A model generated the notes under the pieces. The model saw only the letters and a list, made by a program, of their open reading frames with translations. It was not told the DNA's origin and did no database searches. From Myxococcota bacterium (GTDB taxonomy: Bacteria; Myxococcota; UBA4151): a stretch of DNA of 39,120 bases. Position numbers and translations under genes: made by a program. The DNA is taken from the NCBI GenBank assembly GCA_040260805.1, contig JBDQPD010000023.1:1-39120 (forward strand). The letters run 5' to 3'. Below, in pieces: positions 25,989-35,167 of this stretch (within the stretch, counting starts at the first letter, position 1; each line of letters starts with the position of its first letter).

Positions 25989-27428
25989 CTAGGCGGCTTC
26001 GAGCGCCTCTTGGCGGGCTTCCCACCAGCGCACGAGCAGCAAGTACACGGGCGACGCCACGAAGACCGACGAGTACGTACCCACCATCACGCCGATGGTC
26101 ATAGCGATCGCGAACTCACGAATCATCGGGCCGCCAAAGGCCCAGAGCACACCCACCACGACCAAGGTCGTGACCGAGGTCAGCAAGGTGCGAGACAAGC
26201 AGGCATTGAGCGCGTGGTTCACGGTCTTGAAAAGCGGGGTGCCTTCACTGGTTTGCTGGAGCTCTTCACGGATGCGGTCATAGACCACGATCGTATCGTT
26301 GAGTGAGTAGCCGACGATGGTCAAAAGCGCGGCGATGATCGGCAGGTCAAACTTGAGCCCGAAGAGGCTGAAGATACCCATGGTGATCAGCACGTCGTGA
26401 ACCAACGCGACGATCGCGCCCGGAGCGAAGGTAAAGTCGAAGCGCAGCGCGATGTAGATCAAAATGCCGAGCAACGCGTAGATCACCGAGAGGATACCCT
26501 CATTGCGCAGCTGCTCACCCACTTGAGGCCCCACATAGTAAATTCCCTCGCTCGAGATACCCGAGTCGGGGAACTGCTTGTTGAGTGCATCGAGCACCTC
26601 GGCCGACACGCCAGCAAAGCCCACACGATACTCGTTGCGACCGTCGGCTCGCAGCAGATCGATCTTGCCCGCCAAACGCAGGTCTAAACCTTCGAAGTGC
26701 TTCTTCATGCGGTCGCGCTTATCGGTGCCCCAGTCACTGCCAGCGGCTGCCGGAGCAGCTTTGACGGGAACCGGAACGGCTGCAGGAACAACAGCGTCTG
26801 CGACCGCTTTGGCTGCTTCGGTGTCTTGCGCCATCACGAGACGGTCTTTGGCGGGTGCTTCGCCTGGGTTCACAAAGACGGGCTTGCCGTCATCGCCCAT
26901 TTTGAACTGCAAGGTGTTCCCGTTGGCTCCACCGCCGGTCAGCTTGCCGAAGTCAAAGGTCTTCGTCGTGTCACCTGCTGGTGCAGCCGGAGAGGCTTCT
27001 TCCACCACAGGAGCCTTAGGCGCTTTGAGCACCACCGTGATCAAGCCACCAGCGGGCTTGATCTCGTAACCGAGCAGCTCGTCGCCAAAAGCCTTCGTCG
27101 TAGCCTCTGACAGCTTCGCTTGGGTCGCTTCATCAAGGCTCGAGACCTGGCGCACACGCACCATGATCTGGTTGCCCGTAGCGCCGAAGGTCTGGATCGA
27201 GGCGTTCTCATACCCCATCTCTTCGACCGCGCTGCGTAGCTCTGAGAGTTCCGGGACGTTCTTAAACGAGAACAACATCTCGGTACCGCCTTGAAAGTCG
27301 ATACCAAAGTTGAGCCCTTTGATGACCAGCAACGAGATCGAGATGATCACCAAGCCGATCGACATGGCGCCGAAGCCACGTGCACGCTCAAGGAAAGCAA
27401 AAGTAGGATTGGGTTTGACCAGCTGCAT
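25989..27428 (-). CDS. secF: Protein translocase subunit SecF with enlarged periplasmic domain
   Basis: Motifs GLNFGIDFQGG, VGPQVGEQL, YIALRF, ALVHDV, GYSLNDTIVVYDRIRE, LSRTLLTS and GTYSSVFVA. Confidence 0.96.
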   Translation of the reverse strand: MQLVKPNPTFAFLERARGFGAMSIGLVIISISLLVIKGLNFGIDFQGGTEMLFSFKNVPELSELRSAVEEMGYENASIQTFGATGNQIMVRVRQVSSLDEATQAKLSEATTKAFGDELLGYEIKPAGGLITVVLKAPKAPVVEEASPAAPAGDTTKTFDFGKLTGGGANGNTLQFKMGDDGKPVFVNPGEAPAKDRLVMAQDTEAAKAVADAVVPAAVPVPVKAAPAAAGSDWGTDKRDRMKKHFEGLDLRLAGKIDLLRADGRNEYRVGFAGVSAEVLDALNKQFPDSGISSEGIYYVGPQVGEQLRNEGILSVIYALLGILIYIALRFDFTFAPGAIVALVHDVLITMGIFSLFGLKFDLPIIAALLTIVGYSLNDTIVVYDRIREELQQTSEGTPLFKTVNHALNACLSRTLLTSVTTLVVVGVLWAFGGPMIREFAIAMTIGVMVGTYSSVFVASPVYLLLVRWWEARQEALEAA

Positions 27429-27430
27429 GA

Positions 27431-29275
27431 TCAGGCACCCCCACGGTTCAGGCTAATACCGATGGGCAGGTCCCGGTCGGCAGAGCGCATGTAGATTTCA
27501 AAGAACGTACGAGTGACATAAATCGCCGTGAACAAAGAGGCGATAATACCGACCACGAGGGTGACGGCGAAGCCCTTGATTGGACCCGAGCCGTACTGCC
27601 ACAGCACCAGACCGGCGATGCCGGTGGTGATGTTCGCATCGACAATGGCGCTCATCGCATTCTGGTACCCTACGCTCACCGCTGTTCGTGAGGTTTTACC
27701 CATCAAGAGCTCTTCACGTATTCGCTCAAAGATAATGACGTTGGCGTCCACCGCCATACCGACCGTCAGCACCATACCCGCGATACCCGGCAGGGTCAGG
27801 GTGGCGCCGAACATACTCAGCACCGCCATAATAAAGACAAGGTTCAGGACCAAGGCGATGTTCGCTACGAATCCAGCGAAGCTGTAATACAGCATCATAA
27901 AGATGATGACGGCGATGCCACCGATGGTGATCGCCGCTCGTCCCGCTGCGATCGAATCCTCACCCAAGGAGGCACCCACGGTGCGGTCCTGAGCGATGGT
28001 GACCGGCGCAGGCAGCGCACCTGATTTGAGCACAATCGCCAAGCCTTCAGCCTCTTGGAACTGCTGCTGACGCTCGCCGAGCGTGCCGAGCGTAATCTGG
28101 CAGCTGCCGCCCATGATCGGCTCGTTGATCACCGGCGCCGAATCGACCATACCCTCAAGCACGATCGCAAATCGGTTACCGACGTTCTTCGAGGTCAGCT
28201 TACCGAAGATGCTCTTACCCACCTCATTGAAGATCAGCTGCACATCTGGGCGCCCGCTGCGTGGATCGGTACCGACAAAGGCGTCCACGACGTGGTCACC
28301 GCTGAGCGGAACCGAAGCGGTCAGCATGTAGGTGCGGTAGAGCTTCTCTTGCGGCGTGCCCGGGAGCTCGCCTTCACAAATCCGAGACAAGCCAGGCCGA
28401 CGGCTCGGGTCCATCTCTTTAATCGCCACCATGCGCTCGCTGGTGACCTTGGCGCTGAGCGTCTCGATCAGCTCATCGCGATCGAGCCCAACGATAAAGT
28501 TGTCGTTCCCAGAACCCCCACCCGGCTTGGAGTAGGTCGAGATGCAACGAACCACCCCGGCGGGCATCTCGTTGGCGGTCAGCTGGGTCACGGTCGTGTC
28601 TTCGTCGAGCGACATGCGGAACTCAAGCTGAGCGGTACGTCCCAGCAAGCGGCGAGCCTCTTCTGGGTTGTCGTAACCCGGAAGCTGGACCACCACCTGA
28701 TCGATGCCACGCGCCGAGATCTGCGGCTCGGCAACACCCAAGCTATCCACACGATTTCGGATCGAGCGCATCGCCTGGCTGATCGCATCCTTTTTCAAGC
28801 GATCTACGAAGTCATCTTTAAGGCCCATGGCGATCGACGCTTCACCCTTTTCGATGATCTCGAACTCAAAGCCTTGAAGGGTCTTCAAATATTTTGCCTG
28901 GTTTTCGGCGTCGTCAAAGACGACCGAGATCGTGCGGGCGTCGTCGCGAACTTTTGCGGTGCCCTTAATCTCGTCACGACCCAAGCGATCGGTGATCCGC
29001 TGACGGAGACGATCGACCTTGTTGTCCATCGCCTTTTCAAGATCAACGCTCAGCACCAAGTGGATACCACCTGCGAGGTCGAGCCCTAGGTTGACGTGCT
29101 TGGACGGCAAGTAGCTAGGGACGAACTCTTTAAAGGCTTCGGCGCGCTTACGCACCTTGCCCATCTGCTCGTCGTTCAGATCGAAATAGATCGCCGTTGG
29201 CGCGACCAACACGATGGCTGCAATGATCGTGGCGACCACCACCATCAAGCGCACGCGAATCTCATTTTGGTTCAT
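27431..29275 (-). CDS. secD: Protein translocase subunit SecD
   Basis: Motifs NLGLDLAGG, RNRVDSLGVAEP, VVQLPG, LKSGALPAP, TVGASLG, TLPGIAGMVLTVGMAVDANVIIFERIREE and GPIKGFAVTL. Confidence 0.97.
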   Translation of the reverse strand: MNQNEIRVRLMVVVATIIAAIVLVAPTAIYFDLNDEQMGKVRKRAEAFKEFVPSYLPSKHVNLGLDLAGGIHLVLSVDLEKAMDNKVDRLRQRITDRLGRDEIKGTAKVRDDARTISVVFDDAENQAKYLKTLQGFEFEIIEKGEASIAMGLKDDFVDRLKKDAISQAMRSIRNRVDSLGVAEPQISARGIDQVVVQLPGYDNPEEARRLLGRTAQLEFRMSLDEDTTVTQLTANEMPAGVVRCISTYSKPGGGSGNDNFIVGLDRDELIETLSAKVTSERMVAIKEMDPSRRPGLSRICEGELPGTPQEKLYRTYMLTASVPLSGDHVVDAFVGTDPRSGRPDVQLIFNEVGKSIFGKLTSKNVGNRFAIVLEGMVDSAPVINEPIMGGSCQITLGTLGERQQQFQEAEGLAIVLKSGALPAPVTIAQDRTVGASLGEDSIAAGRAAITIGGIAVIIFMMLYYSFAGFVANIALVLNLVFIMAVLSMFGATLTLPGIAGMVLTVGMAVDANVIIFERIREELLMGKTSRTAVSVGYQNAMSAIVDANITTGIAGLVLWQYGSGPIKGFAVTLVVGIIASLFTAIYVTRTFFEIYMRSADRDLPIGISLNRGGA

Positions 29276-29284
29276 GATCGGTCC

Positions 29285-29599
29285 TTACTTTTCGGCCGGG
29301 GCATAGGGCCCGGACAGGCTGCGCAACAACAGGCGCACCTTGGTATCACGGGCAACCTCAAGGGTTACCACGCCAGCATCAATTGAGGTCACTTTGCCGA
29401 TCAGGCCACTGTTCGTGATCACTTGATCACCTGCTTTGACCCGTCCGAGAAACGAGGCGTGCTCACGCTGTTGTTTCTGCTGTGGGCGGATCAACAAGAA
29501 GTAGAACACCGCAACAATGATGACCAGGGGCATCAAGGTGACAAACCCACTTGGCTGAGCAGCGGGTGGCGCAGAAGCGAGCAGCGGTAGAACAGGCAC
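29285..29599 (-). CDS. yajC: Preprotein translocase subunit YajC
   Basis: Motifs FYFLLIRPQQKQQREH and GDQVITNSGLIGKV, directly upstream of secD. GGAG RBS before the GTG. Confidence 0.95.
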   Translation of the reverse strand: MPVLPLLASAPPAAQPSGFVTLMPLVIIVAVFYFLLIRPQQKQQREHASFLGRVKAGDQVITNSGLIGKVTSIDAGVVTLEVARDTKVRLLLRSLSGPYAPAEK

Positions 29600-29692
29600 G
29601 AAAGGCTCCAGAGCAGGCCCTTAAAACTGGGCTGCGGGCGTGCCCCCTAGCAAAGCCCTATGGGCTTCTCAACCTGCAAAATGCGGTGGAAT

Positions 29693-30172
29693 TTATTTCC
29701 CTGCGTCCAAGCGCGCTGCGCGACGTCTTCGAACGGCGTACACGCCAAAGAAAATAAAGCTCGCAAAGAAGCCTACGGACGCGGCGACCGGACCGATGAC
29801 GCCCGTCGCTAGCGCCTTGAACATAACCATCGGACCGATCATACAACGCACTGGATTATCAGGGTCATAGACCACGAAACGCGGCTCTTTGGCGGCGCCG
29901 CACTCGGCCTTCATCTGGCCGCCGCAGGTCCACTCTTTGCCGCTCTTGTCCTGAAAATCGACCAAGACCACTTTGGCGTGACCGCGCGCTTTGGTGCACA
30001 CCCGGGTCACCCCTTGGGTTTCGACGCCGTGGGCCACCATATGGTTGGTGATGCGCAGATGTTTGACCGCCGGCCAACCGATGTAGAGGGTAAAGACCAA
30101 GCAAAATATAGAGGCGATCGCCAAACTGCCAGCGCCACCAGGATTTGCCTCGCGAGGAGGTGCGTTCTTCAT
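29693..30172 (-). CDS. Two-TM membrane protein, DUF3592-like
   Basis: TM, then GVETQGVT...VDFQDKSGKEW...VVYDPDNP, then TM and a basic tail. GAGGG RBS upstream. Confidence 0.65.
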   Translation of the reverse strand: MKNAPPREANPGGAGSLAIASIFCLVFTLYIGWPAVKHLRITNHMVAHGVETQGVTRVCTKARGHAKVVLVDFQDKSGKEWTCGGQMKAECGAAKEPRFVVYDPDNPVRCMIGPMVMFKALATGVIGPVAASVGFFASFIFFGVYAVRRRRAARLDAGK

Positions 30173-30204
30173 GCCGCCCTCGTAGGGTCTTAGGGACCCA
30201 GCGT

Positions 30205-31260
30205 CTAGACCATCGCGCCTTCAGCGGCGTCGACGGCTACCTTAGCAAGCCTCGAATTGGGGGCGACCGCAAACAAAAGCTCACGATTGCGCAGATGACC
30301 GACCTTACCGACGCGCTCTCCTTTGGGGTTGTGCACGCCGATTTGAGCGCCCACGTAGCGTTTGTAGTCAAAGCGCGTCAGGGCCACCTCGCCATGCGGA
30401 CTCAGGAGCTCGATCATCTCTTCTTCCGAGATGTAGCCCTCGTTGTTAAAGGACACGAGCAGGGTGCGCGCGTCCAAGGCGTCGAGCACCTCGGCCATGG
30501 CGGCGTGGATTTTACGCTTGGAGTTAAACGGGCTCTTGCGCTCGCGCACGTCGGTTCGCTTACAGGCGACACCATAAACCTCGGGCTCGTCCCAGAGCGT
30601 GAGGCTCTCCCAGATGTGGTAGTTCCCCACGTAGCTGTGCTGGTTGTAGGGCGGGTCTAGATAAGCCAGCTCGACCGGCCCAGCCTGCTTCGCCGCGAGC
30701 GCCGCGTCGAGCTGGGTGACCTGCCCGGTGCCCTCGATCAGTTCCGGGACTCGCAGCGCAATCGGCTTGAGCGCACGCGGCGCCCAGGACTTCAAGTAAG
30801 CCATCTGCACGCCGGTGGTCGAATCCACCCGGTCAGCAGCCTCCATTAAGCTGGTCAGCACCACACTGTGCAGCGGCTCCGCCAGGTTGAGCTCGGCTAG
30901 CCGCAGCCGCATCCCCTCGATGCGAGCGCCGTTGTCGGGGTGAAAGAATCGAGACTCCTCACACCAGGTCTTCGTAAAATAACCAGATACCGGCTCAGCG
31001 GCGGCGAGAACCGCTAAGACCTCGGCGGCGGCGCTGCGCTCGGTTTGAGCGTCGGCTTGCACATAACAGCGCGCGATCGTGGCGGCGTAGGCGTTGAGGT
31101 CGTTGCTCAGGACCGAAAATCCTGCCCGCTTGAACTCTTGACCGACCCGGCTCGTGCCCGAAAACAGGTCGAGCGCCGATTGACCCGGCTGCGCCAACTG
31201 ACACGCCGCTGCGCGCAGCGCCGGCAGCAGGAGGCGTTTCGAGCCGAGGTACTTAATCAC
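30205..31260 (-). CDS. DNA adenine methyltransferase (D12/Dam-FokI-like alpha class), orphan
   Basis: Motif X MIKYLGSKR, motif I DLFSGTSRVG, NDLN and catalytic motif IV YLDPPYNQHSY. No restriction endonuclease gene is adjacent. Confidence 0.92.
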   Translation of the reverse strand: MIKYLGSKRLLLPALRAAACQLAQPGQSALDLFSGTSRVGQEFKRAGFSVLSNDLNAYAATIARCYVQADAQTERSAAAEVLAVLAAAEPVSGYFTKTWCEESRFFHPDNGARIEGMRLRLAELNLAEPLHSVVLTSLMEAADRVDSTTGVQMAYLKSWAPRALKPIALRVPELIEGTGQVTQLDAALAAKQAGPVELAYLDPPYNQHSYVGNYHIWESLTLWDEPEVYGVACKRTDVRERKSPFNSKRKIHAAMAEVLDALDARTLLVSFNNEGYISEEEMIELLSPHGEVALTRFDYKRYVGAQIGVHNPKGERVGKVGHLRNRELLFAVAPNSRLAKVAVDAAEGAMV

Positions 31261-31272
31261 GATAAAGACCGA

Positions 31273-33996
31273 CTATTGACAGGTGCCATCCACTGGGAGG
31301 CTGTCCTGCTGACACGCCACGTTTTGAGCGTGTGGCTGAACGCAGAACCCGGCGATCATCACCTCACCCTGCTCGCAGCCACCCACAGCTGTGCGCACCG
31401 TCGAGAGGCAGTTCTGGCCTCCACCCATGTTCGATTGCCAGGTACACATTCTTTGACCAATGCAGCCCGCTTCATTCTGGCAAAATCCACCAAACCCACA
31501 CTCACTCTGATCGCATCGCATGCCCACACCGCAGTCCTCATGGTCTTCACAGGATTCAGGTGTGCACACGGCGCTGGTGAGGGTGTTGTCCCCCCAGCGA
31601 TGCACGGTCTCCTGACAGATCTCGTCTTGGCCACAACGCATACGGTCGCAGGGGGAGCCGGCCTGAGCCTCCTCGCACATGCCGGCAAAATCACTATAGC
31701 CGGAACCCGGCAGGCAGACAGCCTTCACGCCGCAGTAGCCCTCGATGCACTGAGTGTGCATCGGTGGCACCATCCCGGAACATCCTCGGTCATTGTTACA
31801 GGGGGCTCGCAGGTCCACACAAGCCACGGTATCAAAACGCTCAAAGGTTGACCCCTCAGGGCAGTCCTGCTCTTCGTTGGCGAAAGGATGCTCAAGGACT
31901 AACTCGCTATCGACACAGGTACCGACGGCTACGCTTTGATCACCGCTGCATTGAGAAGCTAGAGCGGCACCGCAAAACCCAGCGACGCAGGTGTCTTGAT
32001 TGCCGCACCCTCCGGCTCCACACAGCGAGTCAGGGTTAATGCACCAGTAGCGATCGCCCGTGATCATCGGATCACACACCTGGCCCGGCTCGCAATTCGG
32101 CTCCCGAGCGGTCGGGTCACAGAGTTCGTCAAAGAGGCACCGCCATTGCAAGCCTTGACCCCAGTTGACCTGTGCGCAGGTTGAGCCTAGCGGACAGGCG
32201 TCGCCTTCGCTGCCCAGGGCTAAATTCGGATTGCACTCATTGTCGGTAGGCAAGCACAGCGCACCATGAACTCCGCTGTCATCCTGTCCTGGCGGTCGCA
32301 CCTCAGCGTCATGACAATACCGTCCGTCGCCGCACCACCCATCGTCGAGCGCAGCGCAGCGGTTAAACCGTCGTGGACAATATCCTACGTGCGAGACCGT
32401 GTATCGCCCACCGCCCTCATCACATCCGTCTGTATCTTGGCGCATTTGACCGCAAAATCCGAGATAACAGCCTGCCCCATCATCCCGGCACTCATGGTCT
32501 TCGCTGCAGTGATCGTCTGGTGAAAGACAGAGGACTTGATTGGTATCCCTGTCGTCGGTGAAAGGGGTGCACTCCCGACCATCTTGTTCAACCATCCCGC
32601 ACTGGTTTGCGTCATTGCACAGCCCGGAGAACTGACATCGGGACTGGAGGCACGCCGTACCCGCAGCGCACTCATCCGTGCTTTCGCAACGGTCCTTCAC
32701 ACACACTGCCCTGCGAACCTCACTTCGCCGCTGGTGCACCCAGAGGTTAATCTCGGTGCAGTACGTACCGTCCTGACACTCCAAATCATGGCAAAACTCT
32801 GGATGCTCACCGCCTCCGCCGCCGTGATGGTGTCGCTCAACGCAATAACCACCATCTGAGCACTGCTCTCGACCGCCGATGCAGTCGTCATCGCTCTGAC
32901 ACCCAAAGCGACAATAGTCGCCCAAACAACGTGAGCCGTCCGGGCAATCGGTTGCACTTTCACATCGCAAGCAGCCATCGAGCGTGTAGCGGACTGAATC
33001 GTACGTACAAATCTGACCCTCAGGGCAGCCGCCGAATCCATTGTGCGAGTCACCGTACTGACACTGAGGTAGTCCCTTAGGTCCATCGCTGGGTATGCCA
33101 TCACCGTGCGCAAACATACTCAAATAGTGTGGCTGTGAGTTCTCGAGCCGGCACCAACCTTCATGACATTGCGCGTCCTCGACCCGGTAGTTCCGAACGC
33201 ACTGCACATCTTCTTGGCACTCGCGCCAGTCGCAGGTCAGCGCCTCTTCGCCTGCCTCGTCCAAGCCGCTGCACACTGCAAAGACATCAACGAGGTTGCC
33301 GAGGTGCGTCAGCCCTTCAGTGTAGGCTTCGCATGACGAGGTCTCGCTCAAAACATCGCAGGTCGTCAGACCGCAGACGTCCTGACCGTTCACGCTAATC
33401 CAGAGACCGATCTGTCCTTGCCCGACCGCCTCGTCATAACCTGAACCCGGCATCATACATCGACTCTGAAACGCTTCGTTGTAGTGCTTCGCCTGCTGCG
33501 GCGTAGCGACGCACGACAGGGAGTTGTTGTTTTCGTCTCGGCACATCCTGTCATCCGAGCAGGGGCCTCGAGACTGGTAGCAGCGCCAGCGGTTCGGCTG
33601 ATCAGGATCCTCGATACACTCACTGGGATGATTTGGCTCGTCGCAGCGCGGCTCGCCCGCTTGATCTGTGCCACAGTCTCGACCGAGCACGACGCACTCT
33701 TGAGCGTAGGTGCTGATCAAATCCCAATCGTTTTCTCGTTCGACGGGTTCGGCGCACAGCGCCTGCCACTGCTCGCCCGTCTTGGTCCAAAAGCACTCAG
33801 CATCATTGGTGCACGTCTGCTGACACGGGGTGTCGCTAGGCTGCACCCCCGCGTCGCCTGGCGAGCCCGCATCGCTCAACACTCCAGCATCCAGCAAGGT
33901 CTGATGCTCGGGCGAACGCTCGACTGGGCGGTCGGCGTCGCTGACCGCAAAGCAACCAGAGCACAGCAGTAAAGTGAATACACCAATACGCATCAC
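31273..33996 (-). CDS. Large cysteine-rich secreted lipoprotein of unknown function
   Basis: Lipobox-like LLLCSGC and myxobacterial DAG linker repeats (DAGVLSDAGSPGDAG). Many C..D..C...C..G[F/Y/W]C modules follow. The start is ATG 33996 or 33993. Confidence 0.8.
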   Translation of the reverse strand: MMRIGVFTLLLCSGCFAVSDADRPVERSPEHQTLLDAGVLSDAGSPGDAGVQPSDTPCQQTCTNDAECFWTKTGEQWQALCAEPVERENDWDLISTYAQECVVLGRDCGTDQAGEPRCDEPNHPSECIEDPDQPNRWRCYQSRGPCSDDRMCRDENNNSLSCVATPQQAKHYNEAFQSRCMMPGSGYDEAVGQGQIGLWISVNGQDVCGLTTCDVLSETSSCEAYTEGLTHLGNLVDVFAVCSGLDEAGEEALTCDWRECQEDVQCVRNYRVEDAQCHEGWCRLENSQPHYLSMFAHGDGIPSDGPKGLPQCQYGDSHNGFGGCPEGQICTYDSVRYTLDGCLRCESATDCPDGSRCLGDYCRFGCQSDDDCIGGREQCSDGGYCVERHHHGGGGGEHPEFCHDLECQDGTYCTEINLWVHQRRSEVRRAVCVKDRCESTDECAAGTACLQSRCQFSGLCNDANQCGMVEQDGRECTPFTDDRDTNQVLCLSPDDHCSEDHECRDDGAGCYLGFCGQMRQDTDGCDEGGGRYTVSHVGYCPRRFNRCAALDDGWCGDGRYCHDAEVRPPGQDDSGVHGALCLPTDNECNPNLALGSEGDACPLGSTCAQVNWGQGLQWRCLFDELCDPTAREPNCEPGQVCDPMITGDRYWCINPDSLCGAGGCGNQDTCVAGFCGAALASQCSGDQSVAVGTCVDSELVLEHPFANEEQDCPEGSTFERFDTVACVDLRAPCNNDRGCSGMVPPMHTQCIEGYCGVKAVCLPGSGYSDFAGMCEEAQAGSPCDRMRCGQDEICQETVHRWGDNTLTSAVCTPESCEDHEDCGVGMRCDQSECGFGGFCQNEAGCIGQRMCTWQSNMGGGQNCLSTVRTAVGGCEQGEVMIAGFCVQPHAQNVACQQDSLPVDGTCQ

Positions 33997-35138
33997 GAGC
34001 CCCCAAACACCGCAGAATATACACCTAAGCTAGCGCCCAACACCATGCTCACATTGCTCACCGACTGAACCCAAGCGTGGCGATCTGAGGCGCTCTGCCA
34101 ATCGTCCCAAGCCGCGTTCGACGCCTCGAGATCGGTCCCCGCCGCCACTGCGTTGTAGTTGTCTTTACCGCTCAAAACAGCCTGCTGCGACCAATAGCCC
34201 GCTCCCGCACCGCCTGCCATCACGCCGACGCCAACCCAAAGCAAAGGGCGAGTCAGCGCACCGCTCGAACCACCTGATGCGCTGGGCTGCGCCACCGAAG
34301 GGCTCGCAGGAGCAGGCGCTGCCTCAGCAACCGCCGCCGCTGGCGTCGCTGACTCCTCTTCGTCAGAGCCGAGGCCGGCATCGACCACCTCTTGCAAGGC
34401 CTTCGGCAAGGCTTCGAGCACCTTCGCCTCGTCGGCTAAAATCTTGTTGGCGCGTCCGAGGACTTTGGACTCCTCGACCGCTACGAGTTTGATGTTGAGG
34501 ATGTACTGCTTTCCAAAGCGCCCGAGGTTGCTGACCATCATAAAGGGCACACCGAGCGCCCCGCCGAGCTCGGCGAGGCAGCTATCTTGCTCGCAACCGA
34601 GCGCCATCTTCTGGGTCTCAAGGTCGATCATGTCGCGCATGTCCGAGCCTGAGATGATCGACGTAAACAGCCCCATCGCATCGAGTTTCGAGATGATGGT
34701 CTCGTTGAGCAGCGCCCCCACGCTCGGGTCAATGCCTTTGGCGAGGCGCAGATCCATGACGGCGAGGCCGGTCTCTTGCTCTTCGTCGGATTCGGCCGCT
34801 TTGGCTAGAGACTTCGCAGGCGCCGGAGCCACCACCTTGGGTTCAGGCTTCGGCTCAGGCTTGGCGACCACGGGTTTGACGACCGTTTTCTTGTTGCGCC
34901 GGGACCGCTTCTTGCGGCGGCGACGTCGCTTGCGTTTGCGCTTGGCTACTAACGCGCCGTCCAGCGCAAAGGCGGTCTGCGCTTGCGAGCCATCCGCCGT
35001 TTCTTGCGCGCTCGCCGGAGCAGGGTCCAAAATCAGCGCAAGTGCTATGCACAGGACCATCCATCGAGTCCCTGTGATCTGGGTCTTGTTATCCACTGAC
35101 TTCATCATCCTCATCTTGACGGCAAACCCGATTATCAA
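33993..35138 (-). CDS. Exported/membrane protein: polybasic tract, TolB_N/CsgG-like alpha/beta domain and C-terminal hydrophobic hairpin
   Basis: Signal-like MVLCIALALILDPAPASA suggests the true start is nearer 35060. The domain AVMDL...QKMALGCEQDSCLAELGGALGV...LGRFGKQYILNIKLV is typical of myxobacterial PEGA-associated proteins. Two Gly-rich hydrophobic segments lie at the C-terminus. Confidence 0.65.
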   Translation of the reverse strand: MIIGFAVKMRMMKSVDNKTQITGTRWMVLCIALALILDPAPASAQETADGSQAQTAFALDGALVAKRKRKRRRRRKKRSRRNKKTVVKPVVAKPEPKPEPKVVAPAPAKSLAKAAESDEEQETGLAVMDLRLAKGIDPSVGALLNETIISKLDAMGLFTSIISGSDMRDMIDLETQKMALGCEQDSCLAELGGALGVPFMMVSNLGRFGKQYILNIKLVAVEESKVLGRANKILADEAKVLEALPKALQEVVDAGLGSDEEESATPAAAVAEAAPAPASPSVAQPSASGGSSGALTRPLLWVGVGVMAGGAGAGYWSQQAVLSGKDNYNAVAAGTDLEASNAAWDDWQSASDRHAWVQSVSNVSMVLGASLGVYSAVFGGS

Positions 35139-35167
35139 GCAACCGCGAAGCTCCTTTAGTCGAGCCT

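Noticed and set aside
28055..29089. 344-aa plus-strand ORF, and similar long shadow ORFs at 6811-7545, 15813-16538, 19698-20567, 31045-31851 and 34444-35256
   Set aside because: They lie antisense to well-supported genes and show no motifs. Such ORFs are expected from codon bias in GC-rich DNA.
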